64,000 bases of DNA. It comes from Chitinophaga pinensis. GTDB lineage: Bacteria > Bacteroidota > Bacteroidia > NS11-12g > UBA955. Below the pieces are notes generated by a model. The model was not told the origin of the DNA. It was given only the letters and a program-made list of their open reading frames with translations, and searched no databases. How positions within the stretch are numbered: position 1 is the first letter of the stretch; the number at the start of each line of letters is the position of its first letter. Positions 20,704-29,402 of the stretch are shown here, piece after piece. The position numbers and the translations under genes were made by a program. The stretch is from NCBI GenBank assembly GCA_945877575.1, contig CAMDUE010000002.1, positions 197,861 through 261,860 of the forward strand. The letters are read 5' to 3'.

Positions 20704-21487
20704 TTCTAAATTTATCAAAAGGCAACTTGAACTTTTGAATTTAGTATTTGGAAAGAATTCTTTTTCAAGTAATTTTTTAAATTGGTTGTATCATGAGAAT
20801 CCAAATGGTAACATATTTGGTTTTGATGCATATTATAGAGAGAAATTAGTAGGTCATTATGCTACAATTCCTGTCTATTATTTTTATGGGAATAGAACTA
20901 TAAAAGGTCTTTTATCTCTAAATACTGCAACTCATCCAGATTTTCAAGGAATGGGTATTTTTACTAGATTGGCGAAATTTACTTACGACGTAGCCCAAAA
21001 AGAAGGTTATAATTTTGTGATAGGCGTATCAAATAAGAATAGTACATATGCTTTTATTAATAAACTTGATTTTAAATTAGTGAAGCCACTTGATGTGTAT
21101 ATTAATTTTTTTACGCGTTCACATAATACAAAAGTCAAAATTAATTTTGGAGGACAAAGAAATTTTGAATTTACTAAATGGAGACTATCAAATCCCAAAA
21201 GCAGTTATTTCGATTGTAAGGATATGGTGGTAAGCAAAAAGTATTTTGGATTATTAACAATACAAGTTTCCAAAAATTCAAGGGTAATTGAGCTGGACAA
21301 ATGTAATTGTATTATACTGCTTAGTGTAGGTATCAATAATCATCCAAAATCATTATTTTCGTTTAAATTACCTGAGTTTTTAAAACCTTCTCCTTTAAAT
21401 TTAATAATTCGCTCCCTTTCTACTGATTTTGCAATTCCAAACCATAATGAAATTTTATTTGAAAATTTTGATTTTGATGCTTTTTAG
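20660..21487 (+). CDS. GNAT-family N-acyltransferase
   Basis: WLYHENPNG, THPDFQGMGIF acetyl-CoA motif A, N..S..AF..KL.F. Confidence 0.82.
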   Translation: MRDSSEIIYQRISADSKFIKRQLELLNLVFGKNSFSSNFLNWLYHENPNGNIFGFDAYYREKLVGHYATIPVYYFYGNRTIKGLLSLNTATHPDFQGMGIFTRLAKFTYDVAQKEGYNFVIGVSNKNSTYAFINKLDFKLVKPLDVYINFFTRSHNTKVKINFGGQRNFEFTKWRLSNPKSSYFDCKDMVVSKKYFGLLTIQVSKNSRVIELDKCNCIILLSVGINNHPKSLFSFKLPEFLKPSPLNLIIRSLSTDFAIPNHNEILFENFDFDAF

Positions 21488-21625
21488 ATTCTGATAAGAC
21501 ATTTGTTTCGAGCGCAATTTTTTAGGTTAGAGAATTACAAAGTATGTTTCCATATTTGATAATATTTGTTAAGTACTGCAAGAGATTATTGTATTTTTGA
21601 TATTTTACACCACTAAATTATAAAC

Positions 21626-22516
21626 ATGCAAAGCGTATCTATAATTGTTCCTTGTTATAATGAACAAGATAATTTGCCAAAGTTGATTGATAAAATCGCT
21701 AAATTCATTTCAGATAACAAAGATTACTATGTTATTTTTGTTAACGATGGTAGTAAAGATAATACATTGGAATGCTTGAAAAACAGTATTAACGAAAAGT
21801 TTGTAATAGTTTCGCATTCGAGAAACAGAGAATATGGTGCGGCTATAAAAAGTGGAATATTATCTGCAGAAACTGATTTTTGTATTACAATTGACGGTGA
21901 TGGTCAACATGATTTGCAAGACATACCAAAAATGTTAAATCAATTATTGGAATCAAAATCCGACATGATTGTTGGTAATCGAAATGGGAAGGGTTCTAGT
22001 AGTTTTAGGAATCTTGGAAAATGGATGATCCGTAAGTTTATTACAACCATGACAGATTTGTCAATTGAAGATGTTAATAGTGGAATGAAGTTATATAGAA
22101 CGGAAGTTGTAAAGTCACTGATAAAGTGGGCACCTAGTGATATGTCCTTTTCAGAAACAATAGTAATTTTACACAACCATTTTCGATATAAGATTTCAGA
22201 ATTGGAAATTAATATTTTCAATAGGGAAGCTGGGAAGAGTACAATAAACATTAATACAGCAATTAAAGCAGTAAAGGAAATTGTTTTTTTGCTAATTAAT
22301 TTCTTTCCATTTCGTTTCTTCTCGTTAATAGGAACTATTTTTTTCATATTTGGCCTGTTCTGGAGTTTGCCATTTTTAATAAACGGTGAAGGATTGACCA
22401 TTGGTTCAGGTTTTATATTCTCGAGTTGTGTATTAATCTTTTTATTAGGAATAATATTGCAAACTTTGACTCGTATGAAGTTTGAAGATTATTTACATGT
22501 TAATAGTAAGGTATAA
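21626..22516 (+). CDS. GT2 polyprenol-phosphate glycosyltransferase (DPM1/ArnC/GtrB-like)
   Basis: IVPCYNE, VNDGSKD, NREYGAA, DGDGQH, two C-terminal TM helices. Confidence 0.88.
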   Translation: MQSVSIIVPCYNEQDNLPKLIDKIAKFISDNKDYYVIFVNDGSKDNTLECLKNSINEKFVIVSHSRNREYGAAIKSGILSAETDFCITIDGDGQHDLQDIPKMLNQLLESKSDMIVGNRNGKGSSSFRNLGKWMIRKFITTMTDLSIEDVNSGMKLYRTEVVKSLIKWAPSDMSFSETIVILHNHFRYKISELEINIFNREAGKSTININTAIKAVKEIVFLLINFFPFRFFSLIGTIFFIFGLFWSLPFLINGEGLTIGSGFIFSSCVLIFLLGIILQTLTRMKFEDYLHVNSKV

Positions 22517-22599
22517 TACTATTGTGTAATTTATGATAAATTCATTCATAATTTATTAAAAGGTTTATTTTTAATTCAAATGAAATCTGATAACCTATT

Positions 22600-23961
22600 A
22601 TGAATCACAGGTGCTTACATATTCTCAATCGTTTTGGATTTGGCACTAGCATTCAATTTTTGCTGAATTATGAATTATCTGATTTACTGATTGATGAAAA
22701 TAAAATGAAATTTTGGTTGATTAATGAAGTTCCGGAATTTGTAGAAATAGAGAAAGTCAACAAAGAATTTTCAACTGAAGCAAAAATAGGCTCAAATGAA
22801 AAATGGAGAAAAAGATGGCCTGATGCAGCTGTGAGAACCGATTGGATTCAATTCATGGTTGAATTAGAAAATCCTCTTAGAGAAAAAGCTGCGCTATTTT
22901 GGAATCATGTAGTACCGATTTCAGTGGGGATTTGGGGTTTTGCACAGAATTTATTGATAGATTCATACCGAAAGAATGCTTTTTCAGATTACAATGTGTT
23001 ACTGAAGGATGTTTTAGCCTCACCTTGCGCGATGAAGTTTCTAAATGCCTATCATTCCAAAAAAGATAATCCCAATCAGAACATGCCCCGTGAATTGCTT
23101 GAACTGTTTACGGTAGGTATTGATAATTACGGTCAGAATGATGTTTTGGAAATTTCGAGAGCTTTTGCTGGCAGAAGAACAGTAAATCCGGATAATTTTA
23201 AAGTCCCTTATCCTTATCAACTGTATATTGATGAAAATAATTCAGACAGGGGGGAGAAGACTATTCTAGGTCAAACTGGAAATTGGGATGGAAATGACGC
23301 AATCGACATTCTCGTAAATTCAAAACATACTCATGAGAGAGTTGCTCATTTATTTATGAGGTTCTTTGTTTCAGACAAACCAAAAGATGAGCATGTTGAT
23401 GAATTGGCAGCATTTACATTTTCTAAAAATAGAATTAATTTTATTGATTTGGTTCAATACACAATCAATTCAGAATGGTTCTTTCGAGATGAATATATTG
23501 GAAATAAAGTAAAAACACCCGTGGAACATTGGGTTGGATTTCAAAAAAAGATGGGATTAAAAGTTTTAACCAGCGAATTACATTCAAATGTATTAAGACA
23601 GTTTGGTCAGGATGTATTTTTCCCCATAAATGTTGGTGGATGGCCTTGGGGTGAAGGTTGGTTAAATGGAAATTTACTCATAAACAGAGTGTTTTTACCC
23701 AAAGCAATTTTAGAAATCGCCCAAGAAAATCAACAGGAAATAGAAATGTCTTTCTCTGAAAAGGTAACATACAGAACATTCAAAAAACACCTATTGGGAA
23801 TGCGATTTGAGAGTGCTGTGTTATTGAATATCAGAGAAGTTATAAATATTCTCAAAGAAAATAATGTTAAGTTGTCCAGTTGGGTCTTGTCTAGAAACAC
23901 AAGTTTAAAAAACGACGAAATTAGTTATTTAATTACTCATCAATTATTTCAATATCATTGA
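22600..23961 (+). CDS. DUF1800 family protein
   Basis: HILNRFGFG, PLREKAALFW, FLN...NPNQNMPRELLELFTVG, KTILG, KVKTPVE, NVGGWP. Confidence 0.85.
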   Translation: MNHRCLHILNRFGFGTSIQFLLNYELSDLLIDENKMKFWLINEVPEFVEIEKVNKEFSTEAKIGSNEKWRKRWPDAAVRTDWIQFMVELENPLREKAALFWNHVVPISVGIWGFAQNLLIDSYRKNAFSDYNVLLKDVLASPCAMKFLNAYHSKKDNPNQNMPRELLELFTVGIDNYGQNDVLEISRAFAGRRTVNPDNFKVPYPYQLYIDENNSDRGEKTILGQTGNWDGNDAIDILVNSKHTHERVAHLFMRFFVSDKPKDEHVDELAAFTFSKNRINFIDLVQYTINSEWFFRDEYIGNKVKTPVEHWVGFQKKMGLKVLTSELHSNVLRQFGQDVFFPINVGGWPWGEGWLNGNLLINRVFLPKAILEIAQENQQEIEMSFSEKVTYRTFKKHLLGMRFESAVLLNIREVINILKENNVKLSSWVLSRNTSLKNDEISYLITHQLFQYH

Positions 23962-25076
23962 AAAGAAGTGCATTCATAAAGATAGTTGGGAGTGGCGTTG
24001 TTGCAGGGTCAATCGGTTCAATGTTTGAATCCTGCTCTGTAAATCAGACCAAGAAATATTCTGATGATGTATTGGTAGTAGTGAGAGTGAAAGGTGGAAT
24101 GGATGGATATCATTTGATTTCTCCTAAGGAGAATGATTTGCTCCTAAAATTACGGCCCAATATTCAAAAGTCTATTGAACAAAAAGGAATAAATTACCGG
24201 AATAATTGGTTTATAAATCCAAATTTTGCTGTAATAGCAGATCTAAATGAGAAGGGTTGGCTTCAAATCATCCCAAATGTTGGATATTCTGATTATAATA
24301 GATTGTCTCATTTTAAAGCACAAGATTATTGGGAAACAGGAAGTGTTGTAGGTGATAAAGTTCAACATAGGACGGGGTGGGCTGGAAGGTTAGTTGATAA
24401 CAATATTATTCAAGTTAATGGGAACAAATCACCTATTTTAATAATTGACAATGAGCAAACATTGTTTGATAAAGGAGAAAATAGTTCAGGAGTGTATTAC
24501 ACCCCATTTAATACCTATTCTAATTTATTTCCCTTAGTTGAGGATTGGATTAATGAGAATAAAAATAGCTTAGAGAATAAGCAGATTTATCAGAGAGTCG
24601 AAGAGCAATATAGAATAAATCAATTATTAAAAGAAACAAGTCCAAATTCTGTGTCGTCCAAGGATATGAAGGGAAAGTTGGATCAGATTGCTGATTGCAT
24701 TGAGAAGGAATTGCCGTTTAGGGTATACAATTTAACTCAAAGTGGATATGATACTCATCACAAACAGACAATTAGATTAGAGCCATTAGCCTTAGACTTA
24801 TTCAATGGATTAAATCAATTTGCCGAGCGTCTTCAACAGGGAAATAATTGGGGGAGAGTAAAGGTATTGGTATACACTGAATTTGGAAGGACAATTGCTG
24901 AAAACAGTAATGGCGGAACAGATCACGGAACGGCAAATCATACATATTTATTAGGTGGTAATCTTGGAGATAAATGGTTAAATCCTTCTTTTGAATTTAA
25001 TACAATGAAAATTGCGGGTAATGATTATTTGACAATCAATGAGGATTTTAGAGAAATATACAAGAGTTTAATTTGA
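23958..25076 (+). CDS. DUF1501 family protein
   Basis: GGMDG, LRP, SHF..QDYWETG, TGWAGR, GYDTH, YTEFGR..EN..GGTDHG, DFR.IY; degenerate Tat-like N-terminus. Confidence 0.87.
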   Translation: MKRSAFIKIVGSGVVAGSIGSMFESCSVNQTKKYSDDVLVVVRVKGGMDGYHLISPKENDLLLKLRPNIQKSIEQKGINYRNNWFINPNFAVIADLNEKGWLQIIPNVGYSDYNRLSHFKAQDYWETGSVVGDKVQHRTGWAGRLVDNNIIQVNGNKSPILIIDNEQTLFDKGENSSGVYYTPFNTYSNLFPLVEDWINENKNSLENKQIYQRVEEQYRINQLLKETSPNSVSSKDMKGKLDQIADCIEKELPFRVYNLTQSGYDTHHKQTIRLEPLALDLFNGLNQFAERLQQGNNWGRVKVLVYTEFGRTIAENSNGGTDHGTANHTYLLGGNLGDKWLNPSFEFNTMKIAGNDYLTINEDFREIYKSLI

Positions 25077-25081
25077 TTTAG

Positions 25082-26116
25082 TTATTCCATTCTCTCCCAA
25101 GTGCTTTTTAGAACTTTTGTTTTGAGGCCGTGTTTTTCGGCGAGGTAGCGCGCGAAGACGGCAGAGTAGCCGTGGGTGACGGAAATGGTGTGGGCTTCGG
25201 TGGCGAGGCAGGCGGTTTCGAGTTCTTGGAAGTCGGCGTGGTCGCTGAGAACGAATCCGCGGTCAAAGTTTCCCCAACGGCGGGAACCGCGAAGGGCCAT
25301 CCAGCCGGAGCAGGAAATTGTTAGGTGACGAGGGTCTTGTGGCGAGGGACTGGTGTCTATATTTTGGGTGTTAGGGGTCGGGTGTCGGGATTCGGAGGGG
25401 GTCGGGTTACGGGAGTCGGTGGGGTTGCTGGAGATGAGGATGTGCTTGGAGGTGGGGCGTTGGTTTTTGGTGGTAGGGTAAATGGGGGGAAGGAAGATAT
25501 TGAAGCCGTCACGGTTGAGGGCTTGGGTTGTGTCGGCGATGGTTTTGGTGACGTAGAGGGGGAGGTCTTGGAGGTGATGGATGAGACGCTGGGCTTTTCC
25601 GAGGGAGTAGGCTGAGATGATGAGGTTTTCATCGTTGTTGTGGAAGTATTCGCGGATGTCGTTGAAGATATCGGCTTGGGGTGTCCATCGAAAAACGGGG
25701 AGTCCGAAGGTGCTTTCGGTGATAAAGTGGTGGCATTTCACGGGTTCGAATGGGGTGGAGATGCCGTCATTGTTGAGTTTATAGTCCCCCGAAACGACCC
25801 AAATTTCGCCTTGATGTTCTAGTCGGATTTGCGCGGAACCGGGTATGTGTCCGGCGGGATGAAAGGAAATGTTGACGCCGTTGATGCTGATGGTTTGGCT
25901 GAAGGGAAGGGTTTGGAGGGAGATGTGTTGACCGAGACGGAGTTTCAGGATGTGTTCGTTGCCCTGGGCGGCGAGGTAGTGTTTGTGGTTGGGTCGGGCG
26001 TGATCAGCGTGGGCGTGGGTGATGAGGGCTTTGTTGACGGGCTTGTGGGGATCTATGTAGACATCGGCGGCGGGGCAGTAGAGGCCGGATGGGGTGGAGG
26101 TTAGTAGTTGGTACAT
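25082..26116 (-). CDS. Ligase-associated DNA damage response exonuclease (MBL/beta-CASP)
   Basis: YIDP..PV..ALITHAHADH, AGHIPGSAQ, SGDYK, ESTFGLP, YSLGKAQR, SGWM..RG, LSDHAD, THG; contains a Pro/Thr-rich repeat-derived stretch. Confidence 0.92.
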   Translation of the reverse strand: MYQLLTSTPSGLYCPAADVYIDPHKPVNKALITHAHADHARPNHKHYLAAQGNEHILKLRLGQHISLQTLPFSQTISINGVNISFHPAGHIPGSAQIRLEHQGEIWVVSGDYKLNNDGISTPFEPVKCHHFITESTFGLPVFRWTPQADIFNDIREYFHNNDENLIISAYSLGKAQRLIHHLQDLPLYVTKTIADTTQALNRDGFNIFLPPIYPTTKNQRPTSKHILISSNPTDSRNPTPSESRHPTPNTQNIDTSPSPQDPRHLTISCSGWMALRGSRRWGNFDRGFVLSDHADFQELETACLATEAHTISVTHGYSAVFARYLAEKHGLKTKVLKSTWERME

Positions 26117-26162
26117 GGTAGATGGTACATGGTAGATGGTAGATGGTACATGGTAGGGGGTA
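26107..26162 (-). repeat. Heptamer array (8 units) that includes the exonuclease start codon
   Basis: Minus strand TACCCCC TACCATG TACCATC TACCATC TACCATG TACCATC TACCATG TACCAAC. Confidence 0.9.
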
Positions 26163-26171
26163 GGGGATATT

Positions 26172-26210
26172 AAAAAAACCCCGAGGTGTTGCCCCGGGGT
26201 TTTTTGTTTT
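26172..26210 (-). terminator. Intrinsic (potentially bidirectional) terminator after the S46 peptidase
   Basis: aaaaaaaccccgagg-tgttg-ccccggggttttttg: GC stem with A/T tracts on both sides. Confidence 0.85.
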
Positions 26211-26222
26211 TGGTGGGTTTGG

Positions 26223-28391
26223 TTATTTCACCAAGGTCATTTCGTTGACGATGTTGGTGGCGCCGCCGAGTTTGTCGATGATGAACAACACGTAGCGTAT
26301 GTCAACGGAGATGGTGCGCTGTAGGGCGGGCATGAATCCGAAGTCAGAAGCGATGGCTTCCCAGTTTCCGTCGAAAGCAATTCCTATAAGCTCGCCGCGG
26401 CCGTTGATGACGGGTGAACCCGAGTTTCCGCCGGTGATGTCGTTGTTGCTCAAGAAGCAAGCGTGAAGATCGCCGGTAGTGGGGTCAGCGTATTGGCCGA
26501 AGTCTTTGTTTTTAATTAATTCTATCAATGCATCTGGTGCGTCGAATTCGAAGTCGCCGGGGATGTATTTTTCCATGATGCCGCGAGAAGAGGTGTAGTA
26601 GTTGTACTTTACCGCGTCTTTGGCGTTGTAACTTTCAATGGTTCCGTAGCTCAAACGCATGGTGGCGTTGGCATCAGGAGCGGTTACTTTTTCGGGATAC
26701 ATTTCCGCTTGAGCGGACAAAAACAAACGGTTAGCGCGGTCCAAACGACTGTTGATGTCAGCGGTGATAGGCGCTAAGTCTTTGCGTAGGATGCTCACAT
26801 AGCCGTTTACGATGGCGAACAACGGATCTTTTGCAAGTGCAGAAGCATTAGCAGAAGACATTAATTTTTTGAGCTTTACAGGATTTGAGAAAGCGCTCTT
26901 TGCCCAAACTTGGTCAGCCATTGCTTGGTAGTTTTTACCGTGCTTGGCAGCTAATTTCTTCAAATTTTCAGGCAGGTATTTGTTGTCTAAATCCTCCAAA
27001 AAGTGGCGGAAAATCACTGCAATTACTCGGCGTTCGATGTCGGAGTTGAATTCTTTGTAATTTTCGTCAATGCCGGCAGCAAATTCTGCGGACATGGCTT
27101 TTCCTTTGTCGTTGGTTTTGTCAAGAAGGGCTGTGTAAATGCGCATGGCTTGCATGGCATTCATCATGGGCACGCTGTTGGCGATACCATCTTGAAGGTA
27201 GACAGAGTATAGTCCGTATTTGTTAAGGTCTTCGTAGGCGCGGTCGTAAAGGGAGGTCACTTCACCGTAAACTTCTTCTTTTTTATTGTCGCGAACCCAC
27301 TGTTCGAAGGCGCGTTCTTGAGCTTTGCGGCGGGCGTAAATTTCGGGTTTAGAAAGTTCTTTCGCTTCACCGTTGAACTTGTTCCAGTAGTTTCCGATGC
27401 CGGCCAATTTCGCAGAGTACATCAAGCGTACGTCTTTGTCAGCCTTCATGTAGGTTTCGTAAACGTCCATGATGTCGCGGCGCAATTGCACACGCATTGG
27501 ACGCTCTTTTCCTGCCAAGTATTTGATTCCCTCGGAATAAGTATAGCGGGTGGTGCGGCCGGGATATCCCATGGTCATAGCAAAATCACCTTCTTTCACG
27601 CCTTTCAAGCTCACCGGAAGGTAGTGCTTGGGGGTGAAGGGCTTGTTGGACGTGCTGTAATCAGCGGGCTTGTTGTCGGCACCTGCATAAACGCGGAACA
27701 TAGAGAAGTCGCAGGTATGGCGTGGCCATCTCCAGTTGTCGGTTTCACCTCCGAATTTTCCTACGTTTTCTGGGGGAGTACCCACCAGGCGGATGTCGCG
27801 GTACACCTCGTAGTACATAGCAAGGTATTGGTTTCCGTTAGAGAACACGGCGATATCAACTACGTAGTTCTTTTTCTCGTCGCCAAGGGCTTCAACCAAC
27901 GCATTTTGGGTGGCTTTGAAGTTTTCGGCAACGGCTTTGGTGCGAGATGCTTCGTCTTGGTTGATGCTGGTATTTGCAAGAACGCGGCTGGTAACGTCTT
28001 CAATTTTGCGGAGCAGTCCGATTTGGAAAGCGACTTTACGCTCTTCAGATTGGGACTTAGCCCAGAATCCGTTAGAAAGGATATTGTCTTGAGGGGTAGC
28101 GATGCTTTGGATGGCATCATAACCACAGTGGTGGTTGGTGAGGAACATACCTTGTGAGGAGATGATTTCACCGGAGCAGAACATTCTGCCGTTTTGCATG
28201 AGTCGAACGATGGCATCTTTGGTAGAAGCATTGTTTATGGAGTAAATATCTTCTGCGGAGAGTGTCATTCCGCGGGCCTGCATTTTATCTTGAATTTTAG
28301 ACAAGAGGGTCAGTGGCCACATCCCTTCATCGGCGCGCAAGCTAAGGAAAGAGGTTGCGGCGAGTAATAAACTGAGGAATTTTTTGCTCAT
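26223..28391 (-). CDS. S46 family dipeptidyl peptidase (DPP7-like)
   Basis: Signal peptide + ADEGMW, TNHHC, DNW.WPRHT.DFS, DITGGNSGSP. FDGNWE has Gly at the S1 position (DPP7-type rather than DPP11). Confidence 0.93.
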   Translation of the reverse strand: MSKKFLSLLLAATSFLSLRADEGMWPLTLLSKIQDKMQARGMTLSAEDIYSINNASTKDAIVRLMQNGRMFCSGEIISSQGMFLTNHHCGYDAIQSIATPQDNILSNGFWAKSQSEERKVAFQIGLLRKIEDVTSRVLANTSINQDEASRTKAVAENFKATQNALVEALGDEKKNYVVDIAVFSNGNQYLAMYYEVYRDIRLVGTPPENVGKFGGETDNWRWPRHTCDFSMFRVYAGADNKPADYSTSNKPFTPKHYLPVSLKGVKEGDFAMTMGYPGRTTRYTYSEGIKYLAGKERPMRVQLRRDIMDVYETYMKADKDVRLMYSAKLAGIGNYWNKFNGEAKELSKPEIYARRKAQERAFEQWVRDNKKEEVYGEVTSLYDRAYEDLNKYGLYSVYLQDGIANSVPMMNAMQAMRIYTALLDKTNDKGKAMSAEFAAGIDENYKEFNSDIERRVIAVIFRHFLEDLDNKYLPENLKKLAAKHGKNYQAMADQVWAKSAFSNPVKLKKLMSSANASALAKDPLFAIVNGYVSILRKDLAPITADINSRLDRANRLFLSAQAEMYPEKVTAPDANATMRLSYGTIESYNAKDAVKYNYYTSSRGIMEKYIPGDFEFDAPDALIELIKNKDFGQYADPTTGDLHACFLSNNDITGGNSGSPVINGRGELIGIAFDGNWEAIASDFGFMPALQRTISVDIRYVLFIIDKLGGATNIVNEMTLVK

Positions 28392-28412
28392 GGTGCGAAG
28401 ATAGTAAAAATT

Positions 28413-28559
<147 letters not shown>

Positions 28560-28642
28560 ACGGATAGTGTGGGGAAGTGGTTTTATGTTTGCGGTTTGAA
28601 GGCATGGGATATTTGTACGGATAAAATACGTACATTTGTTGA

Positions 28643-28933
28643 ATGGAAAATAAGATGGAACGAATTGAGTTGAGGGTGAGCAAGTCGGAAAAAATGATAT
28701 TACAGCGGGCGGCAGAAATATTGGGTTTCGGGTCATTGAGTGCCTTTTTATTATCGGAAGTTCGTCCTAAAGCAGAGGAGGTAGTGAAGAGAGAGAGTAC
28801 AATAAGATTAAATTTGGAAGACTCTTTCAAGATCATGGAGTATCTTGAAAGGGGGGAAGTGGAGAATGGTGCTTTGAAAAAGGCGAGGGAAATGTACGGT
28901 CAAGTGGTGAAAGATGAAGGAATTCCGATTTGA
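28643..28933 (+). CDS. DUF1778 (TacA/AtaR-like) RHH antitoxin
   Basis: ERIELRVSKSEKMILQRAA...SLSAF; IRL..ED; directly upstream of a GNAT. Confidence 0.87.
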   Translation: MENKMERIELRVSKSEKMILQRAAEILGFGSLSAFLLSEVRPKAEEVVKRESTIRLNLEDSFKIMEYLERGEVENGALKKAREMYGQVVKDEGIPI

Positions 28934-29402
28934 GAAACTGGATGTAAAAAGGCACGACAGAAAATCATTTGTTTCTGGAAACGAAGAATTAGATCAGTTT
29001 TTTCAAACCCAGGCCAGACAGCAAATGGAGAAGCGTTTGAGTGTCTGCTTTGTCATGTTAAATGGCGGATCAAAAATTATTGGATTTTATACATTAAGTT
29101 CTGCAAGTGTAGAAGCAAATGAAAGTAGAATTTCGAGTTCAAAATATGTAAGCTTACCTGTGGTTTTGATTGGTAGACTGGCTGTACATTCTCAGTTTCA
29201 AAAGCAGGGTTTAAGTGGATTGATGTTGGTTAATATCATTGAAAGAGTTAGAAAATTATCGGAGAGTGAAATTGGGGTTAAGGGCATTTTCGTTGAGCCC
29301 AAATCCGAGGAAATCTCATTGTACTACCTTAAATATGGATTTTTGAAGCTGGAAAAAGGGGTGTTTTATCCTTTCGGTAAAAATTCAAGTAATTCTGGAT
29401 AA
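28914..29402 (+). CDS. GNAT toxin (TacT/AtaT-like)
   Basis: HDRKSFVSGNEELDQF, IIGFYTLS, PVVLIGRLAV..FQKQGL, YLKYGF. Confidence 0.87.
   Translation: MKEFRFEKLDVKRHDRKSFVSGNEELDQFFQTQARQQMEKRLSVCFVMLNGGSKIIGFYTLSSASVEANESRISSSKYVSLPVVLIGRLAVHSQFQKQGLSGLMLVNIIERVRKLSESEIGVKGIFVEPKSEEISLYYLKYGFLKLEKGVFYPFGKNSSNSG

Noticed and set aside
18398..25081. Integron cassette array or IS-bounded island
   Set aside because: No attC-like inverted repeats in the spacers, no integrase or transposase, and no flanking direct repeat found
25130..26104. Several Gly/Val-rich and Pro/Ser-rich alternative ORFs
   Set aside because: By-products of the C-rich exonuclease coding strand
27318..28157. 279-aa plus-strand ORF
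   Set aside because: Antisense shadow of the strongly codon-biased S46 peptidase gene; no motifs
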